A stretch of 64,000 nucleotides of DNA from Thalia democratica (Eukaryota). Shown here one piece after another: positions 49,996 through 61,995 of this stretch (its first letter is position 1; each line of letters opens with the position of its first letter). A program made the translations under genes and the position numbers. Below the pieces are notes generated by a model. The model saw nothing but the letters and a program-made list of their open reading frames with translations, was not told the origin of the DNA and did no database searches. The stretch covers positions 44,392,001-44,456,000 of the forward strand of contig OZ241833.1 in NCBI GenBank assembly GCA_965202585.1, written 5' to 3'.

Positions 49996-51216
49996 ATGTG
50001 GTTTATTGTATTCTTCATCTTGGCAGTTGAGTCAACAAAAATCCACTTTGAAACCAATCCTGGCTGCACAGGGAACAAATGCAAAAACTCCAAATACAAC
50101 ATCGTCTACGGAAAGTTCCTTTCTCACCATCACTCCCTGCACTACGTCTGGTCGCTCAACCGTGAAGTTGACTACCCTACACTAGTGCTGATCAAAAGCC
50201 AGGATGTTGACTCTACTTTACTGGTCGATTGGGACAGGTTTTTGAACAGTGGTGCTCAAAGCCATGACCTCTTAGGCTCTGTGAGTCTCAGTGGTAGTGA
50301 CCAGGATTACAGTTATGCTGTGGTACTGTTGAAAGGGGTTTCATTGTACAAACAGCAGCAAGATGAAACAGCAGCCTCCAAGGACAATTTGATAAAGTCT
50401 TTCTCCTTCAACCAACTTCAGTTAAACCTCACTCTGAGCAAGGAGAAAGACAAAGTTTTATTAAAGTTTGCAGACTCAAGTGTGTTAAGCAGACCTACCA
50501 TCCAAATCAACTTTGAGCCACACTTGAAAATTGAAAGAAACGAAAAACCCCCACTGATGCTCTTCAGCAACACCTCCTCAGAACTCCAGTTCACCTTCAC
50601 CAATATGCTCAGTGACAAAGCGAGCATGACGCTCGAGTATGACATCATATACAACCTCAAGTACGTGCCCCACACCAACAACGTGAACAACAGCGTCCTT
50701 TTCCTCCAAACAACTTCAGTCAACGACAACATCCTGCCCTCACTTTTGAGGACAGAAGAAGTGACCTGGTTTGATTTCACCCCCGCATACAAACTTGAGA
50801 GCACGAGCTTCTTCAGGTGGAGGACTCACGCCTACACTTGCAAGAACGCTACAGAGGACACAGACTGTGTTGTGGGGGCAAGTTCAAACAGCATTGGGTT
50901 TGACACATTGGCAGACAAGTCAAGGAACAGATTACTGATGGCAATGTTCAGCAACAAGCTGATATCAAAGTCGATAAAGCTGCAGTTTGGAGGCCAGGAA
51001 CCACTGGACCTGAAGTATTTGAAATTTTCTTCTGTTGTGGGTTTTGGCAGCGCCCCTGTTGATGGGTATTCAGTTGTTGCCTTTTCTGTTTTTGTGGGAC
51101 TTCTGTTTCTGCCCTTCATAGTATTATTATCATGTTTTATTTTCATCAGCGTGTCCAAGTCCAAGCACATGATCATTGCCAGCACAAGCGGGTTTGAGCC
51201 TCTTACGGATGAATAG
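49996..51216 (+). CDS. GLMP: Glycosylated lysosomal membrane protein (GLMP/NCU-G1)-like, intronless CDS
   Basis: ORF 49963-51216, with likely ATG at 49996 (MWFIVFFILAVES, signal peptide). Motifs LHYVWS...PTLV, FFRWRTHAY, YLKFSSVVGFGSAPVDGYS, a single C-terminal TM helix and short tail GFEPLTDE* fit the GLMP family layout. Confidence 0.75.
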   Translation: MWFIVFFILAVESTKIHFETNPGCTGNKCKNSKYNIVYGKFLSHHHSLHYVWSLNREVDYPTLVLIKSQDVDSTLLVDWDRFLNSGAQSHDLLGSVSLSGSDQDYSYAVVLLKGVSLYKQQQDETAASKDNLIKSFSFNQLQLNLTLSKEKDKVLLKFADSSVLSRPTIQINFEPHLKIERNEKPPLMLFSNTSSELQFTFTNMLSDKASMTLEYDIIYNLKYVPHTNNVNNSVLFLQTTSVNDNILPSLLRTEEVTWFDFTPAYKLESTSFFRWRTHAYTCKNATEDTDCVVGASSNSIGFDTLADKSRNRLLMAMFSNKLISKSIKLQFGGQEPLDLKYLKFSSVVGFGSAPVDGYSVVAFSVFVGLLFLPFIVLLSCFIFISVSKSKHMIIASTSGFEPLTDE

Positions 51217-52210
51217 TAATTTTCAGGTGATGCTTTTTCTGACTATTTTCATTTTTTTTAATTACTGACATCTTTTAGCATTCTGTATTGTGGTATATAA
51301 ATTTTTAATTTGTGATTTTACAATTGTTTTTCTTGAGGAAGCAGGGTTGTTTTTGGATTAAGTTAAGAATAGAACTCACTTCTGTTTTCTCTAAACATCA
51401 TGTATGAGTTTCATCAAATTTTAATCATGTACTTTTTAAATGTGTCTGAGTACTTTTCTGTTTTGTTTTTCTAATTGACATTAAGACTGTATTTTTGAAG
51501 TTGTCTGAATTATCATTCTACATAAAAACAATCATTTTCGTATAATTTTTGTGATCGTGTGACACCAATTTTATGACTTATCAAGTGCTATTGTAAGATT
51601 TTTACTACTTTAAAGAATTCCAGTTTCTAAACTACTTCATGAGATTTTTTGACTCAGTACAAAATTGTTTTTTATTTGTTTTATACTACTAAAAGTTTAG
51701 CTAATACTTTATTTTGTTAAAAAATTCCAAAATGCTGTATAACTTATTTTAGTTATTGAAAATAGAATAAAAGTTTAAAATATAAAATACTTTGGTGCTT
51801 TTACTTCAACTTTTCTTGCATTGAATATTTTAAATATAAAGTTTTTGTTTAAGATCTAATGTTGAATATTTAAGTTTATAATCACTTTAATGTGTATACA
51901 TATGTTATCATAGTGCTCAAAATTTTTTTGCTTTAATTGTTGGTGTAAATGTAGAAAGTTTCAGGTATTACTACATTCAATATACTATTGATTTAATATT
52001 TTTGTAATAGTGTAATAAAAAGTGATAAAGAACTACAGTTATAAATTTTATATATAAAAAAACAAACCTAGAGCTTTAGTTTTATAAAGCATTACTTTAC
52101 TTGTTTTTTGTTGTGAAATTTATATTTTTTTAATTTAAACTTTTCTAAAGTTTCTATACTAAGCAGTCTTTAGCAGCAAAATGATTTCAAAAGTACTTTG
52201 AATAAGTATT

Positions 52211-52612
52211 TAGGGTTGCCATTTTACCTGGAAACCTGGAAAAACCTGAAATTTGACAATTTAGGCAAAAATAACCTGGAAAAACCTGGAATTTGAGATT
52301 TTTTGATAAAAACCTGGAAAAACCTGGAATTTTGATTAAAAAACCTGAAAAAACCTGGAATTTTTAATAATTTTAACATTTTCAGTAGTAAAATTCCGAT
52401 TTGACACAAAAAATCTATCATATAAATAAGAATTTTTTGTTAAAGAACACATTAAAGTAAATTTACAGTATCTTTTCAATGTTTTTATACTATTTAATAC
52501 AGTTTCTTATACAAAAATTAACTTAAAACTAAAAATAGACTCAAAAATTGAAAAACCTGGAAGAAGTTTGGAAAACCTGGAAAAAATTTTGAAAAAACGA
52601 GTGGCAACCCTG
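52211..52612. mobile_element. MITE-like element (hAT-type termini) with internal AAAAACCTGGAA array
   Basis: TIRs TAGGGTTGCCA...TGGCAACCCTG, AGTATT directly flanking both sides, and about ten AAAACCTG(G/A)AA units inside. Confidence 0.7.
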
Positions 52613-54658
52613 AGTATTACTACTTTAGTACTTATACTTAAAATTTTTTTATTTTTGTTTTTAAAATTTCTATACTCCAACCAGTTGCTGTATTCATTAG
52701 TATACTATTAAAAAAAACATAAAAACACAATTTACTGAAAAAACAATATTTTTTAATCTTGCCTATGTTGGTGTGTGTATATTATGGTTTTTTATGTACA
52801 GATTTTATAACAATATTTTATGCAATATGAGTACACCCAAAATATTTATGTGAATTTCGTTTAAAGATTATAGAAAGGTTAGTTTTATTTAAAATTTATT
52901 TTTTGACTATCTATGTTAGTGATTTTGTTGTTTGATTAACATACTTTTAATCTAATGTTTAATTTATATTGTGTTACATCTAATCTAACTGTTTTATAAT
53001 ACATGGTACAAATGTATTTATTTACGTTTAACAATTTCTCTTTAATTACTATTTAAACTTTATGTAAAATTTATATATAACATTTAATGTATGACTCATT
53101 TGAGTCAAGTTAGTATTAATTTATCTGAGTAGCTTATTTTGTATTGTAAGTAATTAGGTAGTAACATTTTTCTTAAAAGAAACATATAGGAGTAATATTT
53201 TTAATATTGGTTAAGCTTTATGTTTCAATAAGGTTATGGCTTAAACTAATGTATTGATGTCAATAAAATTTAAAATAATTAGTTTTAAAAAGTGCTTGTA
53301 AGTACTACTAAAGTGTAATTTCTCTATTGAAATACAAACAATCAAATATTTGCTCATAAGATTTCATAACTATCACAAGACAACCATCACCGTTTGTTTA
53401 TTCGAACTCCTGCAGCATTTTATAACTGTTTTCATAAATTTGTTTGTTTTTGTTTTCAGATAAAATATTCATTATACTTTTTGAGTTTAACTTCACAAAC
53501 ATAAATTGAAAATATTTCAACAGTATTGGTTATCAACTATCGTTGTACGTTTATTTAAACCTCTGTAGCGTTTTAGTAATTACTTAGTTTTATTACATAT
53601 TAACTAGTAAACTTGATTTAGACCTAGTTAAGTAACATTAACGTTGAAATAAATAAAGTTCTATTTGCTTAACTTATTTACACAACCCAATCTAACAGCC
53701 ATTGCAGTTCGCAATATTTTGTTTTGTTTGCAAATAAGAGGTTTTGTTTCACATTCTGGGTAAATTACTCAAACATAAACAAAGTTTTGTGATATTGCAT
53801 TGGTTATCAAAGTAGGGTAAACACAGCAAGTAAATAAAACATTGTTTTTGCTTGAATAAACATGATTTTTAACCAGCTGATTAATTTTAAAAAATAAGTT
53901 GCATGTTGTAAAACAAGTCATCAGCTGGTGTTTGAGCTTTTTTATTTTAAACTAGTTTTACTAGGAAACCCACACAAAATTGAAATAAATGCAAAGCTAC
54001 TGTAATTAGATTAAACTTTTTAACATACCATAGTAACAAATGGCATCATTATACTTTTTTATGAGACAAAATTACATTGTAAAAAGGACAGATATTTTTT
54101 TTTTTTTTTTTTCAAAAATGTACAGTTTTATAACTACTTAATTTTGTTCATTTTATATATAACTAAAATCAATAAGTATATGTTTAAGCAAAATCTTGCA
54201 TTATATTGTGTTGTTTCATAAAACAAAAATTTCATAGTTTTACTAAAATATATCTAATAAATTTACTATGAAAAAGTAGTTTTGGAATTTTTGCAATATA
54301 TTTTGACAAAAAAATCATAAGTACCTTTGATTAGCCAATAAGTTCTTAAAAGACTTCTTTTCTTTTTTAAGCTAATTTCACAAGTATTTAAACTCAAAGG
54401 GTTAGTAAAAAAAAGTTACAACTAACTTAGGTTATCTCAACTTAATTCTAACATAATTAAGAAGATTTAAATATTTAATAAAATTAAGTTATGTATTGTT
54501 CTTTGGCAAAAAAATGATAAATTCCTTACGATTTTAATAAACTACTAAACGCGATTTTCTTGTTAACCAAGTATAAGACATAAAAACGTTTTGTAACAAC
54601 TTATGACTTGCCATACTTGAATACATTTTGCTAAACTTATCAACTAACAAACTATCAA

Positions 54659-54742
54659 TTAAGGCCATAGGGGTAAGCTTTCAGTTTTATGGTAAAAGTT
54701 AAGGCTATTTTTGAAAAAAAACTGGACACCCTATGGCCTTAA
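54659..54742. mobile_element. 76-bp mini-MITE flanked by TTAA
   Basis: TTAA|GGCCATAGGG...CCCTATGGCC|TTAA: perfect 10-bp TIR with TTAA on both sides. Confidence 0.6.
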
Positions 54743-54810
54743 CCATTTTGTAAAACATCAATCTATATTTTTTTATAAATCCAAACAATCACAGGTTGTT
54801 CTAATCAAGG

Positions 54811-57800
54811 ATGGCAGACACGGCTCAAGAAAACAACAACAACGCATGCTCAAGCACCATACCTCAATGTGACACACCTTGCAGTAAAAGTGACACGCTC
54901 AAAGACATCACCAACTCTACAAGCACCAACAACAGTGACACTTCAAACCAGGCATCCAAGTTTCACTCCTTGTATGACACTAAGGAGGAAATTGGGAGGG
55001 GAATGTCGTCAGTTGTGAGGAGGTGTGTACACAAGAGTTTGTTTTTCTTTTATTAAAGTAATTTAACAAATTTAGAACAATTTTAAAAATATCACTATCA
55101 TTGTGATTTTTTTTATCTATAGATAAAGCAGTTTCTTAATGTAACTTAAATATTTTAAAGTGAGCATATCAATGTATCAAGTATTTATGAGATAAAATGA
55201 GCTTTTTTTAATACTTTTAGTCACTTAAATAGATTTATGCAAATTATATCTTTTATTTGCGACCGGTTTCGGTGGCAAAAAATTGCGACCTTTTCAAGCA
55301 AAAATAAAATATTAAACTGCATATAACAATGTTAGTTATTTATAAATCTATTTAAATTAGCTCTTTACATCCCAGTAAATTGAGCATTCTTTTTTAGTAA
55401 TGCAAATAACTATATACTTTAATCACCAATTAGTTGTATTTATGAATATCATTAATAAACTTGACTTTTTCTCATTAATTAAAACAGCATTTATGAACAT
55501 ATTATTCACAGGTGCGTCCACAGGAGTACAGGGAAAGAGTACGCCGTGAAGATCATCGATCTGTGCAAAGAGGATGAGGACTCTCATCTAGAACATCCCC
55601 ATCACAAGGACACTGATCTGAGGAGTGTCACCAGGAACGAAATCAGGATACTTCAGGAACTTAAAGGTAAATATTTCTTACTTGACTTGAGATTGATTTT
55701 TAATGTTTTTTTGTAGATAATTAGGAAGGTTTTTTTTTAGCATTTCAATTTTTTTTTTTTACTTTATTTAAATCAGATTTATTCAGAAATCTTAAGGTTG
55801 GTTTTTTTTTTTTTTTTAACTTTTAAAATGTGTTTTAAATGTTTTAACACACTTTTTGATATTTTTTTTAAAGAATGTTTTTTTATTTCCTTGACTTTTT
55901 AAAGTTGTTAAATAAAAACTATATTTTTTGAATCAAACTTTAACATTGCTAGCTGTAGCATAATACTTTGTTTAATATTAATTAGTGATTATAATTGTTT
56001 AAAAGTTTTACATTTGTTAACTATCTTGTTAGTAAAAATAATAAGCTATTTCTATTTTTTGTATGAATGGTATAACTACAAATTTTAGATTAATACTATC
56101 AGCAAACATGCTCCTTTATCAAAATATCTTAGCTTCAATCATTACTTCTAATAGGAATTACTTAAAGCTTGATCTTCAGCACAAGTGTATTAAGAATTTA
56201 CAAAAAACAATGACTCTATTACAACAGTACATGCCAACATAATAGAGTTTTTTACTTTTACTACAGTTTTGTTACACTTTTTGTTACACTTTTTTATTTA
56301 CAATAATTTTGTACTACTAAGTTCAAAATAGAATGTAAATATTTATCACTACAGGCCATGCCAACATAATAGAGCTGATTGAAACGTTCGAAATAAGCTC
56401 CTCAATATTCCTGGTATTCGAACTACTGCAGAAGGGTGAGTTGTTCGACTACCTGACAGAAGTGGTAAAGTGTGGGGAAAGACAGACCAGAAAGTTCATG
56501 AGGTCCATATTGCAGGGGCTGAAGTTCATACATGAGAAGAACATTGTTCATAGGTTTGTATTTATACGATTTTAGTTTGTATGTTATGTTTATAGTATAT
56601 ATGATGCTAAAACAAACTAATTTAAACAAGTTTTGATATATGCATCTCACATTAAAAAAGTTTCATGGACTTTAATAGTTTTATATTATGAGTTCCATAT
56701 TGCAGAGCAGAAGTATATACATATATTGTTCATCAGTTGGTTGTTATGAAAATCTTTTTTTTTTTGTTTAATATATATTGAATTTTTATAAAAATTTGGA
56801 GAACAAAGTATCAACAAAAAAACCTTAAGAAGTAGATAAATATTTTTTTTAATGTTGTGCGTAGGTTACAATTTGTAATAACAAACACAATAATATGTTT
56901 ACACTTAATGAGCTAGTTTGAATAGCTTTTAGTATATACATTTAATATTAAGTTTATTTTTACCAATTCTTTGTTATTTTAATTTGTAACTCAGTATTAC
57001 CAAGTATATAGGTTCTAATAATATCGTTCATAGTTAAAGTATTTTATCTTTAACTTTACCAAAGTCAATTTAATTAGCCACTGGCAATTGGGGTAAAAGT
57101 ATAAATTTAATCTATGTTTTTTTTGAAGTCAATATTGCAAGGGTTAAAAAATATACATTAATTAAAAAATATACATAAAAATATACAAATATATACATAA
57201 ATAATATATGTTAGGCTAAAATCACTGTTTTTATTTTTGCACATATTTTTTCAAAAATATACGAGGAGCTTTTTAAGTTTGAAATGGTGAGATATTTTTA
57301 TGGACCAATTTTTTTTGAGGGCATAGGGGTATATCCCTTTTTTTTACAAGTTGATCTCATCTAAGATTTTTAACTTAGCTAACAATTGAATTTTACAGTT
57401 TCTTAAAATTAAATTTAGGTTTTGGAATATGAGGATAGAAAGTTGTAGATTTGAATATATTTTTTATAGAAGGGCAAAGTTGAAAGCCAAAAAAATATGT
57501 TAAATATAATGGCTTGTGTAACAGCTTCATTTTTAAAGTTCGTATTAAAATTATATTTTTCCTTTTTGCTTTAATAAAGTACTACTGTGCTTGTAAAACT
57601 TAAAATATCAATGTGTAAATTTTGATTATATTTTTCAACTTGTACTACAAATGACTCAAGTTGTAAAACATTTTTATAATGTTTGTATTACACAATTTAG
57701 AATAATGTGCTACAGTATAATTCATTTATAGTACAAGTTTTAGTATATACATGGTGTTTTTATTAATATATATTTAAACACAGTAGTATTTTATTAAAGC

Positions 57801-60800
57801 AAATAAAACTAAGTTTTTAAAATTAACCTTGGCTACACAACGCTTAATTTTTTTCTAAAACAAAAACAAACTTTTAGATTTTTGAATTAACTTCTGTTTG
57901 AAAACCTGTTTAAAAAAATTTCTGATGTGCTAAAATTTTTGAATTTTCTTGTAAAAGTAGCAAAGTTACATTTGTTTTATGTTTAAAAACATTTTTATTA
58001 AATTAACAGTTCCTCAGGGATTATAAATTGAAAAATATGAATTTAATTAAACAGTAAAAGCTTTTTTCAATCGAATTTTAAGGCAGTTAAAAATGCATTA
58101 AAGATTTCAACTTGAAGCTGAACAAAGATTTTTTAGTAGAAAAAATTGATTTTGATAAATGTTTGAAAGTGAAATGTCTATCAAGCTTATTTAAACTACA
58201 CATGAGATTAAAATTGTTTTGTGTAACTAATTCTATGCTTAGATTTCAAATTTTTCTGAATAATGTTAAATTTAATATAGAATTATGTAAAAAATAATAT
58301 TTTCTAGTTAAATGCAAGACATAATTTTTACCTTTTAAAGCTAAGTTTTTAAGTAGGATAATCTATAAAATGAAGTTTTTATATCAAAAGAAAAATTAAA
58401 TTAGATTTTAAAAGTTTAACTAACTTTTAAGCTATATGTCAAAAATTACTATTTTAAGCTAGAGTTACTTATATTGATTTTAGAAGTTATTTGTTATAGA
58501 CTATAAACTTTTGTTTAAACTTTTTCCGATTAAAATTTTACTTGATATAAATCTAATATACATAAAGTTTTTTGGAGAAAAAGGTTTTAATTAGTCATAA
58601 AAATAAGTAATTGAATAAAAACAAGTAGTATCTAGCAATACTAAACAGTTTTAACTTATTTACTTTAGAAAAGTATGTTATGAAGTAAACAGAAGATTAC
58701 TAAGAAAAAGTTTATAAGTTTGCTTTATAATTACAATAACACACTTTTAACTTATAGTATTTTTGAGTTACAATCAAAACCTTTATTTAGTATTTTTATT
58801 GTGCTAGTGAATTGTAATATTTTTTACTTAGAGATCTGAAAGAAGTGAAAATCTTGTTGGACCTAAACTAAAAATAATAAAAGTTAAAATTAACATAACT
58901 TTTAAATACTAGACCATTTTTACTTTTCAAAAAGTATATTACATTGTCATTTCAGACTCAGATGTGAACACCAATGTATAATAAGTTATGCTAAAATATT
59001 TTTTCATATAATAATTGTCTGAGATCCCAAACCTTTGAACATTTTGCTGGTTTCACGCCTGGTATAGATTTAAAAATTCTTTTTCAACCTTTATTTTTTA
59101 TTTTTCTTATAAAATATGTTATCTTATCATTTGCATAGAGATATGTAAATAATAAGACATTAATACAAACAATTATATATAAATAAAATTATAATAAAAC
59201 AATTCCTAAGATCTAAAACCTGAGAACATCATGCTACATTCTAAATTAAATTAAAAAATATATAATTTTAAAAAACCTATTTAAATCAAAGACTTATTTG
59301 AGTTATCAAAAACTGTATTCAATCTTTATTTGTTTTTTATATCTCAACTTTAATTTAACGAAATAAATAAAAATAGATAAATTTAAACAATATAAAAAAT
59401 ATTTCAGAGATTTGAAACCTGAGAACATCTTGCTGGATTCCAACCTGAACGTACACCTGTCAGATTTCGGTTTCAGCCACAAAATTGTCCCTGGCAACGA
59501 GTTGTTGACCGAGTTGCTAGGCACCCCGGTCTACATGGCCCCGGAGATGCTCAAGTGTTCCATGACCCAGGACCACCGTGGTTACGGGACGCAGATTGAC
59601 TTGTGGGCCGCAGGGGTCATCATGTATTCCTTGTTAGCAGGTTGGTATTTACTGATACTTTTTACAATGTTCATAAAACTGCCCGACTTCAACGTTTCTT
59701 GTTTGTCTTATGTCAAAACATATTTATATTAAATATCTTCAAACTGTTAAAACAAACTAATAACTCTTCATTTAATATAAGTCCCTCTACACATCTTCAT
59801 GTTACTAATATGCTTCTAAAGATGTTTTAATAAATTTTTTCACTTTAGCTCCTGCTATTATTAGTTCATACTACTTGTAGTTTCTCACAACATATGATTC
59901 TCATTTCAAGAACTTATAACAAAGATACGCACTCCAATACTATACGACGTCAAAAAAAATTCGTTTTCAATGTTTAAACATTTTAAAATGCACTTATTGA
60001 CTGTAGGTTTTAATTAAACACGTGACTTTCATGTCAGGTAAACCCCCGTTCTGGCACCGCAGGCAGATAGTGATGCTGCGGAGGATTGTGGAGGGAAGGT
60101 ACTCTTTGTTGGAGGAGGAATGGAGCGACAATTGCAAGGATCTGGTTAGCAAGTTACTGGTGGTTGATCCATGTGAGAGGTGAGTTATGTTTTGTAAAGA
60201 CTATTTTCGAAATGTTATTTGATCTAAAAATAAACTAACATAAAGTTTTTATCAAAAAAAACTTAAGTATCAGTATACCGAACGCTTGTCTAAGAGTCCA
60301 AGTTCTATGAATAAAAATTGCAATTTATTTTATTTAAGAGTAGGATAAAGAGTGTACTTAATAATTGTTTGTTTCCGTATTTCATTCATGTAAACTATTT
60401 ACCAACAGTTTATTCCAGACTAACAACCGAGCTAACTTTAAAAAAAAATTACCAATATTAAATCTTTTAAATATACATAAACTACATATCCCCAAATTTA
60501 TTTCAGACTGACGGCCGAGCAAGCCCTATCTCACCCTTTCTTCGATGTGGAAGGTCACAATATAGAAGGTAGCAAGGTTACAAATGTCAGGAAGGGACTA
60601 AAAAGGTTCAGAATTGCTGGGTTGGTAAAAAATATGTTTATAAAATAATGTCAATATGTAAAAATGAATATCTTCAATAAATTAAAGATAAACTTGTAAA
60701 AAAAGAGTTTCAACTTTTTTTTTAAACAATAAGTTAATGAAAACTTTTACTGGTGTCGTAGTTTTAGTTGCTTAATCATTTCTAATAATTATGCTTGTAA

Positions 60801-61995
60801 ATTAAGTGTGATTATTATTTTTAGTTTAGTCGTACTAGCAGTGAGAGTGATAGACAGAAAATATCAGAAAATGATGAAGTTACCTACATGTGTTGCTGCA
60901 GGTTATTAATTTTATACTTTTTATTTAAACATATTTTATTTATTATAAAAAAATGATGAAATCACCTACATACGTTGCTGCAGGTTAATAATTTTTACAT
61001 TCTATTTAATTATAATAAACAATTTCAATATTTTATATTCAAATTAACTTTTTCTTGTTATAATAAAGTATTGAATCTGCAAACACATGTGACTTCAGGT
61101 AATTTTTATTTTTTATAAATAAGTTATACATGATTTTATAAAATGGTAAAAACATCATAAAAATCTTAATAATTTTTAGGTAAACTGAATAAATTATAAA
61201 AATTTAAAACAAGTTTTTTGTTGTGAGCATTTTTATACTGTTAAGCAAATGGGCTCTATAAATGCATCTAGGTTTATTCTACTATTTTTTTTTTGCATGG
61301 CAGTAATGTCTTAATATTAATAGAAAAATTTATTTAACCATTATTTCATACCACATAAACCATTATTAAGAATCACAAATGTTTTAACGAGCTGAATCAA
61401 ATAAAATATTAGAATGTTTTACTGAAAGTTTAACTGAAACTTAAATTTCATTAAGGATTTAACTTTACTAAAAGTTTGAGTACTTTACAAACATTTAAAA
61501 TTCTACCAAGTATTTTAACTAGACCAAAAATTATCAAAAAAAGTTAACTATAGTTTAAAATGTTTTTCACAGAAACTTTTTGTGTTACAACATTAAATTT
61601 TATTAATTACAAACTTTACTTTACAATACTTTACAAACATTTAAAATTCTACCAAGTATTTTAAATAGACTAAAAGTTATCAAAAAAAAAGTTAACTATA
61701 GTTTAAAATGTTTTTCACATAAACTTTTTGTGTTACAACATTAAATTTTTTTAAATTTTAAAATTTTATAAAAATAAAAATTAAAAATGTCCCTTAAAAA
61801 TGAATTAGTTTACACAAACCAGGTGATCCTTACTCCATCAAGCGGATAAGAAAACAAATAGACAATTGCGCATTCAATATATACGGTCACTGGGTCAAGA
61901 AAGCAGGTGACCAGAACAGAGCTGTTCTGTTTGAAAATAATATTGAACACAATGAATCGCATGATAATGAAAATAGTGATGAAGAGGTGTTTTGA
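54811..61995 (+). CDS. PHKG: Phosphorylase b kinase gamma catalytic subunit (8 coding exons)
   Basis: Exons 54811-55022, 55512-55666, 56355-56553, 59408-59640, 60038-60179, 60507-60620, 60825-60901, 61823-61995. Motifs [65 protein letters not shown], and the PHKG-specific tail DPY...[15 protein letters not shown]...QNRAVLFEN. Confidence 0.95.
61481..61750. repeat. Intronic ~147-bp tandem duplication
   Basis: TACTTTACAAACATTTAAAATTCTACCAAG...GTGTTACAACATTAAATTTT at about 61481-61600 and about 61628-61750. Confidence 0.85.

Noticed and set aside
52224-52421. ORF 52224-52421 (-) with PGFFRF repeats
   Set aside because: Translation of the MITE's internal AAAAACCTGG array.
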